A DNA stretch of 64,000 bases from contig CANNJI010000001.1 in NCBI GenBank assembly GCA_947504875.1, positions 11,906 to 75,905 of the forward strand. Reading direction: 5' to 3'. How positions within the stretch are numbered: position 1 is the stretch's first letter; every line of letters starts with the position of its first letter. Made by a program: the position numbers and the translations under genes. The notes below the pieces were generated by a model, which made no database searches, was not told the origin of the DNA, and saw nothing but the letters and a program-made list of their open reading frames with translations. Shown in pieces: positions 40,646 to 49,783 of this stretch. The DNA is from Legionellaceae bacterium. Its GTDB lineage: Bacteria; Pseudomonadota; Gammaproteobacteria; Legionellales; Legionellaceae.

Positions 40646-42010
40646 ATGAAAGCAATCAACAATAAAAATATGCGCTACGTGGACGCGTGCAAGCGAATCT
40701 CCTCACTTGCGTTACCCATGACAGGTAGTTCATTGATTAACGTTGCTGGTGGTTTTCTATGTATGGTGATGTTGGCGCAATTGGGATCGCAAGTTCTTGC
40801 TGCTTGTGCACTCATTTTTTCAACAGAATTATCCATTGTAGTGACAGGTCTTTCTCTTTTGTTTTCGTTGAGCGTCTTAGTTGGACATGCGTATGGTGAA
40901 AAAAAGTATTTGGATATTGGTGTCCTTGTACAACAAGGTTGGGTTCTAGGTTTAGTTATCAGTATTCCCGTCATGATCGTCTTCGTTTATATTGAGCCGA
41001 TATTGCTATTTTTTGGGCAATCCAAAGAAATCACCGAAATCGTGCAACTGTATTTCAATGCGTTTGTATGGTGTGTTATTCCAGAGCTTTTAGTCGTCTG
41101 TAATCAGCAGTTTGGTTATGGAATTCACAAAAAAACACTTATGTTGTCCGCTAGCATTTTAAGCGTCATTGTCTTGCTGTCTACAGCGTACGTATTGATA
41201 TTTGGGAAGTTTGGCTTCGCAGCATATGGAGTGGCAGGTCTTGGGTATGCACGTGCCGCACAAAATATATTTTTCTTTTTTTTTACGACTACATGGTTTT
41301 ATTTTTCAAACGAATTTAACTGTTATCAACTATTTAAGTATCGAGCGCATACCCATTTAAAGCAGTTTTGGCAACTTTTAGCTGTTGGATGGCCTATTTG
41401 TGTTCAGATGGGTGGTGAGATGCTCTCATTCTTTGTTATTGGTGTGATGATTGGTTGGTTAGGAGCTTCATCACTGGCGGCGTTCCAAGTCGTGAATCAG
41501 TATTCATTTGTAGTGATGATCTCTATTTTCTCACTGTCTCAAGCAAGCGGCATACTCGTAGGGCAAGCTCGTGGTGAGAAACATTTTCAGGATGTGAAAA
41601 AGCTAGGTTATGCTAGCATAGGTTGTGTATTGGTTGTTACTTTATTGGTTGCATTTGCATTTATACTCATTCCCAAATCCTTGTCTTCCTTGTATATCAA
41701 TGTTAACGATCTTAACAACGCTCAGACGCTCAATTATATTGTGGTGCTTTTTGTTATTTTGGCCTTTTCACAAATAGTGGATGGAGTACGCCATGTTTTA
41801 ATTGGTGTGTTGCGAGGGTTGTTTGATACTCAATTTCCAATGTACATTAATTTGTTAGTCATTTGGATTATCGGAGTGCCGCTAGCTTATTTTATGGCTT
41901 TTATGATGCATTTAGGAGTCATAGGAATTGCCTTGGGCGCGACCACTGGCCTATTGATTGGAGCCTTTGTGTTGTTGTATCGTTGGCACGGTTTGAGTAC
42001 GCACACATAA
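40646..42010 (+). CDS. MATE family efflux transporter
   Basis: 454 aa with ~12 hydrophobic segments. The N-terminal LALPM....L and internal WPI..Q duplicated-half pattern is typical of NorM-type MATE pumps. Confidence 0.8.
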   Translation: MKAINNKNMRYVDACKRISSLALPMTGSSLINVAGGFLCMVMLAQLGSQVLAACALIFSTELSIVVTGLSLLFSLSVLVGHAYGEKKYLDIGVLVQQGWVLGLVISIPVMIVFVYIEPILLFFGQSKEITEIVQLYFNAFVWCVIPELLVVCNQQFGYGIHKKTLMLSASILSVIVLLSTAYVLIFGKFGFAAYGVAGLGYARAAQNIFFFFFTTTWFYFSNEFNCYQLFKYRAHTHLKQFWQLLAVGWPICVQMGGEMLSFFVIGVMIGWLGASSLAAFQVVNQYSFVVMISIFSLSQASGILVGQARGEKHFQDVKKLGYASIGCVLVVTLLVAFAFILIPKSLSSLYINVNDLNNAQTLNYIVVLFVILAFSQIVDGVRHVLIGVLRGLFDTQFPMYINLLVIWIIGVPLAYFMAFMMHLGVIGIALGATTGLLIGAFVLLYRWHGLSTHT

Positions 42011-42035
42011 ATACTGTATAGACAGAGGTCAAAGA

Positions 42036-42542
42036 ATGAAATTTAATATTGTTCCTATAGAGGAAAAACACATTGAAGGTTTTTGGCACGCTGTTGATAG
42101 TGTGGCTAGAGAGCGTAAGTATTTGGCGTTTTTAGAAGGACCACCGATCGACACCACAAAAATCTTTGTTCAAAACAATATCAACGATAGCTGGCCGCAT
42201 TTTGTCGCATTAAATGAAGAAAAAATCATTGGTTGGTGTGACATAACCTCGCTCGCTCGGCCTATTTTTGATCACGTTGGATCTTTAGGTATTGGTGTAT
42301 TAGCGGATTACCGTGGACAAGGAATTGGAGAAGCTCTCATCAGAGCGGCACTTCAACGGGCAAAAATAAAAGGATTAACCCGTATTGAATTAACGGTATT
42401 TGAAAATAATAAACCAGCTATCGCGCTTTATAAGAAACTAGGTTTTGTTGAAGAAGGAATTCATAAAAATAAAAGCCGCATTGATGGTCAATATGAAGAT
42501 CATATTTTTATGGCGTTGTTGTGTGATCCGCCGCCAAGTTAA
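42036..42542 (+). CDS. GNAT family N-acetyltransferase
   Basis: Motif A YRGQGIGEALIRAAL and the LTVFENNKPAIALYKKLGF segment. Confidence 0.85.
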   Translation: MKFNIVPIEEKHIEGFWHAVDSVARERKYLAFLEGPPIDTTKIFVQNNINDSWPHFVALNEEKIIGWCDITSLARPIFDHVGSLGIGVLADYRGQGIGEALIRAALQRAKIKGLTRIELTVFENNKPAIALYKKLGFVEEGIHKNKSRIDGQYEDHIFMALLCDPPPS

Positions 42543-42688
42543 TGCTCATATTTTGGTTGATTGATGGAAAACGAGAGCAGAATTTAATGTTTCCATATAA
42601 AATGAGCGTTATGGGGGGATATACTCTATAAATAACTACCATAACGCGTCAATTATACCCTATAAACACACAATATAAGGAAGTGGTG

Positions 42689-44455
42689 ATGAGTCAAATA
42701 AAGGACAAAATACCAGAGCGTCTAGCTGCATTTATCTGGTATTTTCTACGCAATCATCCTATTTCTATAGCAGGTTTTCTGCTTATTATAATGATTGCCT
42801 CCCTTGAAATTTCTCTGGGCCCTTATGTATTAAAAATAATTATTGATGCAGCGACCATCAATGCTGACAAGCCTACTCTTTTTTTACAGGCTGTTATTTA
42901 TCCCGCGGTGTTTTATATTTTATTAACCCTGATTCACAATGCAGCCATGCGGATCTATTTTTATATTTGCTTGAAACTATTCCCAAAACTCAGGACAGAA
43001 ATTTCTGTTGCTATGTTTGAACATCTCACTAAGCATTCACTATCTTTTTTTCAACGAAATTTTTCTGGTGACCTAGCAAATAAAACACAGTGTGTCGCTG
43101 AAGGTGTTGAATCCATTATTCAATCGTTTAATCGTAATATACTAGGAAATTCGTTTACCTTGATTATTGCCTTGGTTTTATTGACCACCGTACATATTTA
43201 TTTTGCTGCTGTTTTACTGATTGGGGTCATTATTTATGTAATGAATGGTTATAAGTTGGCAAAAAAAACATCAGTGGCCGCGCACGATTTTTCGGAAGCA
43301 AATAGTCGGCTGTCAGGGCAATTAGTTGATAGTATTGCCAATATAATTAATGCTAAGATTTTTTCAAATATTTTCTTTGAAACAACGCGCATTGAAGATG
43401 CCGTCAATCGTGTTGGATCGGAGGATAAATTACTACAACGACGAATCATATATACTGATTTTTGTTTAAATATGATTTTCACATTACTCATTACTCTGTT
43501 AATGGGAGGACTGATTTATTTCAGAGTGTATGGTGCAATTACTGTAGGTGATTTTACATTTATTCTTGGTTTATCTATTACCATCGTTAATATGGTAAAT
43601 GGGTTGACGCAAGCCATGCCGAATTTGTCCAAAGACATTGGGAAATGCCAGCAAGCCTTGAATGTTATCATTGTTCCACATGATATTGAGGATTGTGAAA
43701 CTGCTAATTCGTTACACGTTTCTCATGGGGAAATCTGTTTCAGTGACGTGTGTTTTAATTATGATAACAACAAATTATTATTTAAACATTTGAATCTTAC
43801 GATTCAACCCAAGCAAAAAGTTGGTTTGGTTGGTTATTCCGGTGCAGGGAAAACGTCATTTATAAATCTACTATTACGCTTGTATGAAATTCAGAATGGT
43901 GAAATCAGGATTGATGAACATAATATCTGTTCCGTTACTCGTGACAGTTTAATGAAAAACATAGCACTAATTCCACAGCAAACGGAGATGTTTCATCGAA
44001 GCCTCATGGATAATATTCGCTATGGAGATACGAAAGCGTCTGATGATGCAGTATTCAGAGCGGCAGAACTAGCAAAATGCCATGAGTTTATTATGCAGCT
44101 TCCGGAAGGATATCAGTCTTTGGTTGGTGAACGAGGAATCCGACTCTCCGGTGGTCAAAGACAACGAATCGCTATTGCGCGAGCCATTTTAAAAAATGCA
44201 CCGATTTTAATTCTTGACGAGGCTACCTCTTCATTGGATTCAGTCACTGAAAAAGAAATTCAGGATGCACTGCGCTCCGTGATGATAGATAAGACGGTGA
44301 TTGTTATCGCTCATCGACTTTCAACTATCATGTCGATGGATAGAATCTTGTTTTTTGAAGGTGGTAAAATTATTGAAGATGGTCCAGTCGCTGAGTTAGA
44401 AGCAAAAAACGGGTACTTTGCTAAATTACTGGCTATGCAGAGAGACGAGCATTAA
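42689..44455 (+). CDS. ABC exporter, fused permease/ATP-binding protein (MsbA-like)
   Basis: ATG at 42689 chosen over the track GTG (42683) because of AAGGAAG spacing. Six-TM N-domain. Walker A GYSGAGKTS, signature LSGGQRQRIAIARA, Walker B ILILDEATS and H-loop IAHRLST. Confidence 0.9.
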   Translation: MSQIKDKIPERLAAFIWYFLRNHPISIAGFLLIIMIASLEISLGPYVLKIIIDAATINADKPTLFLQAVIYPAVFYILLTLIHNAAMRIYFYICLKLFPKLRTEISVAMFEHLTKHSLSFFQRNFSGDLANKTQCVAEGVESIIQSFNRNILGNSFTLIIALVLLTTVHIYFAAVLLIGVIIYVMNGYKLAKKTSVAAHDFSEANSRLSGQLVDSIANIINAKIFSNIFFETTRIEDAVNRVGSEDKLLQRRIIYTDFCLNMIFTLLITLLMGGLIYFRVYGAITVGDFTFILGLSITIVNMVNGLTQAMPNLSKDIGKCQQALNVIIVPHDIEDCETANSLHVSHGEICFSDVCFNYDNNKLLFKHLNLTIQPKQKVGLVGYSGAGKTSFINLLLRLYEIQNGEIRIDEHNICSVTRDSLMKNIALIPQQTEMFHRSLMDNIRYGDTKASDDAVFRAAELAKCHEFIMQLPEGYQSLVGERGIRLSGGQRQRIAIARAILKNAPILILDEATSSLDSVTEKEIQDALRSVMIDKTVIVIAHRLSTIMSMDRILFFEGGKIIEDGPVAELEAKNGYFAKLLAMQRDEH

Positions 44456-44542
44456 AAATGCAAATAATTGTGATATTATTTTTGAGTGCTGTTAGATGAT
44501 CCATATGTTTTCCCCATTTTTAATTTGCAGGTAAGCATCAAA

Positions 44543-44965
44543 ATGTCAAACTGGAAACAAGAAAATTTTGTTATTTCTACCGATAAAGAAAAATTAGATA
44601 TCGATGTCATTTATACGTTTTTAAGCAACAGCTATTGGGCTTCAACACGCAGTTTAGAACAAATAGTTGAGTCTATAAAAAACTCATTTTGTTTTGCTGT
44701 ATATGATATCAATAAGCAGGTTGGATTTGCTCGGGTTGTTACTGATTATTCAACATTTGCATATTTAGCGGATGTATTTATTCTACATTCTCATCAAGGA
44801 AGAGGCTTAGGCAAGAGGTTAATAGATGCTATTTTTATCACACAAGAGCTTAAAAAAATTGATACTTGGATATTGCTCACTAATGACGCTCAAAAATTAT
44901 ATCATCGAACTGGTTTTATAGAGTATCCTTATCCGGAAAGAGTTATGATTAAAAAATTAACATGA
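44543..44965 (+). CDS. GNAT family N-acetyltransferase
   Basis: Start set at MSNWKQ. Motif A HQGRGLGKRLIDAI. Confidence 0.8.
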   Translation: MSNWKQENFVISTDKEKLDIDVIYTFLSNSYWASTRSLEQIVESIKNSFCFAVYDINKQVGFARVVTDYSTFAYLADVFILHSHQGRGLGKRLIDAIFITQELKKIDTWILLTNDAQKLYHRTGFIEYPYPERVMIKKLT

Positions 44966-45013
44966 ATCATTTTCAGAAAATTCTTTGAGAGAAAAATATG
45001 CAAAAACGTACAT

Positions 45014-45390
45014 TGTGCCTATTCCGACGAAGTGGATCACACATTCCGAAGAAAGTGGATCACTGATTCCGACGCATCTGGATCACTAATTCCGAACGAT
45101 GTGGATCAGTCGGAGCAAAGCGACGCATATTTTAATTTTACTACAAAATTTCCTTTTTGCATGATTTCTTAGCAATGGTTTCTCTCATTGAGGGCCCTTT
45201 AACTTCAATACGATGAGCATTATGTATTAAGCGATCCAAAATGGCATCGCCCAACGTAGCATCCCCAATACTCTCATGCCAAGCTTGAATAGGTAACTGG
45301 CTTGTAATGAGCGTTGATGAGCGATGATAACGATCATCGATGATCCCGTCCAATAATCGTTGAAGTGTTGCCCAAGTTGGCTTGTGTCAA
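45014..45390 (-). mobile_element. IS21-family element remnant (3' end of istB plus terminal repeat block)
   Basis: The minus-strand reading frame ...LQRLLDGIIDDRYHRSSTLITSQLPIQAWHE...DAILDRLIHNAHRIEVKGPSMR is the C-terminus of an IstB helper ATPase with no N-terminal part. It is followed by four tandem 22-23-bp repeats and a TGT terminus near 45014. Confidence 0.7.
45021..45111. repeat. four tandem 22-23-bp repeats ATTCCGA(A/C)G...TGGATCA
   Basis: attccgacgaagtggatcacac / attccgaagaaagtggatcactg / attccgacgcatctggatcacta / attccgaacgatgtggatcagtc, read directly. Consistent with the multiple terminal transposase-binding repeats known for IS21-family ends. Confidence 0.85.
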
Positions 45391-45636
45391 TTTATGGATA
45401 TACATCTGATCATCTCGATTAGAAATAACCTCATCTGACTATTGGAAATGAACAATAATATCTAAAGACAATCCATGTAATAATTCTACGGAAATAAAGA
45501 ATGGTAATAACAACATGCTTGAACTCCCTATTGCCTTTAGTCAATCTTAAATAGGAATTAGAGTGAAAAACTTACGTATTGATATCACGGCGATTGCATT
45601 AAAAAATTACGAAGGGTTTAATAAGATAATTTTTCG

Positions 45637-45996
45637 CTAGGCAGTAACTACCACTCGATCATCAACTTTACCTGGTACGGAAATTGTAAGAAGAACCGCA
45701 GCTTCGTTTTCTTCATGATTTACTACGCGGTGAAGACATTTCGAGGGAATCATAATTCCTTGGTATTGTTTTAAAGATATTTCGCCCTCAATTAATTTTA
45801 CCTCTATTGATCCAGATAATAGGTATAAGAACTGGTCTGAAATAGAATGATAATGCATGCTGTCTTCATTACCAGGAGCAATAGTTTCTTGCATAATACA
45901 AAATTGCTTCTCATTTACTAATTGATAAACATGACAGTTATTTCCCCAAATGAAAGAATTGATGTCTTGAATATCAATTGTTTTTATTATACTCAT
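45637..45996 (-). CDS. cupin domain protein
   Basis: 119 aa. Cupin motif-1-like G.....HYH......LYLLSG and motif-2-like IPSKCLHRVVN. Confidence 0.65.
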   Translation of the reverse strand: MSIIKTIDIQDINSFIWGNNCHVYQLVNEKQFCIMQETIAPGNEDSMHYHSISDQFLYLLSGSIEVKLIEGEISLKQYQGIMIPSKCLHRVVNHEENEAAVLLTISVPGKVDDRVVVTA

Positions 45997-46107
45997 ATCG
46001 TGTTTTTCTCTACATTTCGTGAACCTGATTTTTTTGAATCAACCCATACATTTTGCAAGCGGTCTTACCAAAATGGTAGATTATTTTCTTCCGCAATACA
46101 TTGAGAT

Positions 46108-46441
46108 TTGCACCATGGGCATGTATTATTTCTATAAATGGACTGGGATCGCCCCAACAAAACCAAATAACTTTAATACCTTTCTTCAAACTTAGCTCTA
46201 GTCTCTCACGTTGATCTCATTCCAATATTAAATTCACACCAATGTTTTGATTAGTTAAATTTAAAGTTTCGTCAATTAATCTTTCACAATTTTCTATAGG
46301 CCAATTACCTAATGGCACCATACCAAGACCACCATTATTGGCAACAGCGCTAGCCAGTTGTGTGTAATTGCTCCAGCTAGGCGCTTGAAAGATAGGTGTA
46401 GTTAATTTCAAAATATCACAAAGCCGAGACTTTATTGTCAT
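46108..46441 (-). pseudogene. truncated duplicate of the nitronate monooxygenase gene (N-terminal ~111 codons)
   Basis: DNA aligns base-for-base with 50479..50817 (e.g. GGACTGGGATCGCCCCAACAAAACCAAATAACTTTAAT). TGG to TGA nonsense (LILE* versus LILEWDQ). One-codon deletion. Homology ends abruptly at ~46108. Confidence 0.8.
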
Positions 46442-46597
46442 TCCAAACTCCTTAAAAACCACAGCCTATCATGAGTCATGTTCTTTCATAATAACCTTAA
46501 GAAGAGTATCTTTTTAAATATATCAAAAGTATAGGTCGTTAGTAATGACAATAAGGTGTTTTTATTTTCTCATCAATTGACATATTTAAAAAACAGT

Positions 46598-47767
46598 TCA
46601 AATACTCCCGTTTAAAGAAATTGTAGCTCGTTGATCAGAGACCGTATCAACCATATATTGAGACGATGTAACGGCAGAGAAAGCGCTTTGTAGACCTATA
46701 GTCCGATCATAAAACAAGGTTGAATTAACAGACGCAGGAGATTTATATAGAGAAATAGCAGCTTCAATTTTTTGTTTCTCTTGAATATTACTTTGAAGTG
46801 CATCGGTTAACTGTATTCTTTCTTGTTCAAGTGTCATTATTTTTTGTTGTAATTGTTGACTTTCTTTTTGAGCTTCAGGCATATCACAATATGCCACATA
46901 AACCTCAACCGTTAAATATCTGCTATTCCAGTCTCCGAAAGGAGCCTCTGCTTCAATTGAACATATTGAGCGCTCGGATGGATCATTGACGTTTATTATT
47001 GCGGATGAAAACTCGTTAGAGCATTCTGAACTCCATTCAGGAGTATCCAGTACTATTTCTTGATGACCTATAGTAATTTTAGTAAATCTTCCATATGTGC
47101 GATATCTAGGTTGAGTATTATATGAATCCATCAGAGTACAACCATCCATAATGGCAGTTGATGCTACCGTTGAAGCGCCCAGTACTGCACCACCGCAATA
47201 GCTGGCTAAACCAATAAAATGACCTAGGGGATTCCATAATGTATATTTACGTGGAAAATGTTCATGACTTGGATCAGCATGAGCGTTTGTATATTCAACA
47301 TCTTCTTGGTATTGTGCAGTTGTGTATCCTGACGACCAATATGATATTTTTTCTCCTGTTCTTGCTACAGATGAAGTAGTGCTGGCAGCATACGTTATTT
47401 TATTCCAGAGTGGTTTGCTAGTTAACCTAATCCTGGACACTGCTGGTGGTCTTCGGCTCTCGCCTTCGTCTATTATAACTATTTTTCTTCGAAAAGTTGA
47501 ACGCTCCACTCGTCCGAAAACAACGTTGTTTTCTTGTTCTGAGGTATTTCTGAATCCACCATAAATAAAACGTGCGTGATGGTTCATCTCCCCGCTAGCA
47601 ATTGTTTTAGTCCAATATGGTTTGTTTGCCGTTTCAGAGCTTGTAATGGTTTCAAGCTGTTTTTGATGGTGATCTATCTTTTTTTGTAACGCAACAAGTG
47701 ACGCTTCTATGGCTGTTTTATTACTCGTAACTTCAGCAAGCTTTTCTTCTAATTTTTGGATTGTCAT
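46598..47767 (-). CDS. hypothetical protein with N- and C-terminal coiled coils and a central hydrophobic segment
   Basis: 389-aa ORF. Heptad-like N-terminus (KLEEKLAEV...LQKKIDHHQKQLE) and C-proximal QQLQQKIMTLEQERIQLTDALQSNIQEKQKIE. Gly/Ala-rich hydrophobic stretch GHFIGLASYCGGAVLGASTVASTAIM. No recognised domain. Confidence 0.55.
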   Translation of the reverse strand: MTIQKLEEKLAEVTSNKTAIEASLVALQKKIDHHQKQLETITSSETANKPYWTKTIASGEMNHHARFIYGGFRNTSEQENNVVFGRVERSTFRRKIVIIDEGESRRPPAVSRIRLTSKPLWNKITYAASTTSSVARTGEKISYWSSGYTTAQYQEDVEYTNAHADPSHEHFPRKYTLWNPLGHFIGLASYCGGAVLGASTVASTAIMDGCTLMDSYNTQPRYRTYGRFTKITIGHQEIVLDTPEWSSECSNEFSSAIINVNDPSERSICSIEAEAPFGDWNSRYLTVEVYVAYCDMPEAQKESQQLQQKIMTLEQERIQLTDALQSNIQEKQKIEAAISLYKSPASVNSTLFYDRTIGLQSAFSAVTSSQYMVDTVSDQRATISLNGSI

Positions 47768-47895
47768 GTTTTTCTACAAACTCAAGATTAATGTTGTTGA
47801 ATATTTTACAGTATTGGTGTTTTTAAATCAAACAACTGCGCTGGTTGTTGGTTTGATCATTTCAGTATGGATGTGGATCATTGTCTCATTATTTT

Positions 47896-47916
47896 TTCTT
47901 CTTCTTCTTCTTCTTC
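47896..47916. repeat. (TTC)7 microsatellite, (GAA)7 on the minus strand
   Basis: Seven perfect TTC units read directly. Lies between the duplicated MerR-type promoter copy and the 389-aa ORF. Confidence 0.9.
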
Positions 47917-47929
47917 CTTGCTTTCAAGG

Positions 47930-47960
47930 AGGAGTAAGTATGACGCAACGCCATATTCAA
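47930..47960 (-). promoter_or_regulatory. second (degenerate) copy of the MerR/TipA-type promoter-operator
   Basis: Minus strand reads TTGAAT-ATGGCGTTGCGTCATAC..., homologous to the 49753..49783 promoter. The dyad has one mismatch and the -10 region is poor (TACTCC/ACTCCT). Confidence 0.4.
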
Positions 47961-47994
47961 GCATTCAGATCTAAATTTTTAACACTTTATTAAA

Positions 47995-48243
47995 TTATTC
48001 TGTATCATCATATAAAGCGGGTAATAATTCTGCAATTGTTCCAAATGTTAATTCGTTGGGATCATAGGATTTTTCAGGTATATCATGATCAGGAAAATTA
48101 AAACCAACGAGCGTTGAATCAATCAAACCAGAATCTTTGAGCTCCGTAATAAAATGGCAGTTCCCTCCATAACCATGAAAACAAATCATGATTCGTGAGT
48201 TTGTTCCAGAAATGGTGGATATGCATAAGTCGTAATTGAACAT
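47995..48243 (-). CDS. short ORF resembling the N-terminus of an alpha/beta hydrolase (possibly a truncated gene)
   Basis: 82 aa. ICFHGYGGN oxyanion-like motif but no nucleophile elbow before the stop. Confidence 0.3.
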   Translation of the reverse strand: MFNYDLCISTISGTNSRIMICFHGYGGNCHFITELKDSGLIDSTLVGFNFPDHDIPEKSYDPNELTFGTIAELLPALYDDTE

Positions 48244-48263
48244 TGTGTCTCAAAAATTGTTTG

Positions 48264-48683
48264 TTAATATGACTCTAAATAATATTGAGCATCTTGGCTT
48301 AAATAATAAATTTTTCTTGGCACAAGATGGACGCTAACATAAACAATCCCAGCTAAGGCAAGCTCTTTATGAAATTCCGTAGCAGATGAAATAATTCCTG
48401 CATCAAACTCCATAATCGCCTTTTTTACAGCATCTAAATTTAAAACATCGCCAATGGAGAACGGATAGATATCTGATAATTTATCAATGTCTGAAATTGC
48501 CAAGGTTAATAGGTGCTGATTTTTTGAGTAAAATAAAAGCTCGTTTTTAATCACATCGTACGTTTGTCTTACTACGCCAAAATCAGAGAGTCGAGCAGTA
48601 AACTCTTCGAAAGGACCTGGGTTTAAACAACGTTCTTTACATAATTCAGTTATTGCATGTTTTATTTCGTATAACTCTTTCAT
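48264..48683 (-). CDS. DUF1398-like (YbcV-type) small protein
   Basis: Start set at MKELYEI. The pattern F.EF...L...GV..Y.V and a C-terminal aromatic-rich tail resemble DUF1398. Moderate recognition only. Confidence 0.45.
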   Translation of the reverse strand: MKELYEIKHAITELCKERCLNPGPFEEFTARLSDFGVVRQTYDVIKNELLFYSKNQHLLTLAISDIDKLSDIYPFSIGDVLNLDAVKKAIMEFDAGIISSATEFHKELALAGIVYVSVHLVPRKIYYLSQDAQYYLESY

Positions 48684-48779
48684 AAAAAAACTCCAGTACA
48701 ATGATGCAGCACTCCTGAGGCTAAAAATCTATGGCATAAGCGCTGAGAATTCGCGATATTATGTCATAGATTGAATAGA

Positions 48780-49730
48780 CTACGATTTAAGTAAGCTCTT
48801 TAGCCAATCTTTTGCTTTTTGGTTAATGGTTTCTTCTTTTAATGCCATATCGATAATCATCTCTTGTCTTTCTTTTTTTGTAACCGCATCATCGCCATAC
48901 ATCTCATCAAGTATTGCATTCCAACGCGTTAAGGCCGTAGCAGAAGAAATTGTGCCGATTTGCTTGAGAAGCTCACCAATTCGATCTCGCCAGTAGGCAT
49001 CCACTGCTTTTTCAATCCACGACATCTGTTCGAGTGTTAAGCCGATTTCATCAAGACCTTTCCCTTCCCCAAATCCTTGCTCCCATTTTTTGGTTCTCAA
49101 ATGGGCATATTTTTTACCATAGATGCCATTCGCCCAATCCATCCATTTCTTTCCTAACTCAATACCCGCGCTTGAATAAGGATCGTTTTGAAAATTATCT
49201 TTTAGCTCATTTACCAATTGTTGCCAATTTTTTTTAAAAACATCTTTTTGTCCAGATGATTTCATTGCTGTTTCAAACTCAGCGTACTGTTTTAATTCAT
49301 CAGACGTGAATATTTCTTTAACCCAAGCATGTTCTAATTGTTGCGTCATTTGATATACCTCTATTAGCTGTATTATATTTTCCCAAGGAATGGATTTTTT
49401 ATGACTACAGTCTTCCGTTATGCGCTTTAAAATCATACTTGCCTCTTGAATAGCACTTGCTTTTTCCTGCAAAAACTTGGATTGCATCGCAAAGTTCTCG
49501 ACAGCACCATCCTGTTTAACAAGTAATAATTTGATTTGAGCTAACTCAAAACCAAAAAATTTAAGCGCAATAATCTGCTGTAGCTTTAATAAATCCGTTT
49601 CGGAGTACAAACGATAACCATTGGATAGCCGCATACTTGGTTTAAGTAGCCCAATTTTGTCGTAATGATGCAAGGTTCGCACCGATACTTGCGTGAGTTG
49701 ACTTAATTCTTTCGCGTACCATTGTTTCAT
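48780..49730 (-). CDS. MerR-family transcriptional regulator with TipAS-like C-terminal domain
   Basis: N-terminal [30 protein letters not shown]....[20 protein letters not shown]. Long Trp-rich C-terminal domain as in TipA-class antibiotic-sensing regulators. Confidence 0.85.
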   Translation of the reverse strand: MKQWYAKELSQLTQVSVRTLHHYDKIGLLKPSMRLSNGYRLYSETDLLKLQQIIALKFFGFELAQIKLLLVKQDGAVENFAMQSKFLQEKASAIQEASMILKRITEDCSHKKSIPWENIIQLIEVYQMTQQLEHAWVKEIFTSDELKQYAEFETAMKSSGQKDVFKKNWQQLVNELKDNFQNDPYSSAGIELGKKWMDWANGIYGKKYAHLRTKKWEQGFGEGKGLDEIGLTLEQMSWIEKAVDAYWRDRIGELLKQIGTISSATALTRWNAILDEMYGDDAVTKKERQEMIIDMALKEETINQKAKDWLKSLLKS

Positions 49731-49752
49731 CGTTTTTTCCCCCTTGTTTCCA

Positions 49753-49783
49753 AGGTTAGGCTATGACGCAACGTCATAGTCAA
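49753..49783 (-). promoter_or_regulatory. MerR-type promoter with 19-bp spacer and dyad operator (autoregulatory)
   Basis: Minus strand reads TTGACT-(19 nt: ATGACGTTGCGTCATAGCC)-TAACCT. The spacer contains the dyad CTATGACG-N3-CGTCATAG. It lies ~20 nt upstream of the regulator start codon. Confidence 0.65.

Noticed and set aside
45021-45111. Possible mini-CRISPR or regulatory tandem array
   Set aside because: The repeat units are contiguous with no spacers, and they lie directly after an IstB C-terminal fragment and end in a TGT terminus. They are best explained as IS21-family terminal repeats.
47940-47993. Plus-strand mini-ORF MTQRHIQAFRSKFLTLY with a strong AAGGAGG site, and its look-alike MTQRHSQAFYMTYKNT at 49763..49813
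   Set aside because: The similarity is a by-product of the duplicated operator DNA read on the opposite strand. The peptides diverge as soon as the DNA homology ends, and there is no other coding evidence. A translated search or ribosome profiling could revisit this.
47709-47993. 94-aa track ORF containing a poly-Leu run
   Set aside because: The poly-Leu run is the translation of the (TTC)7 microsatellite. The ORF spans promoter/leader DNA and has no support.
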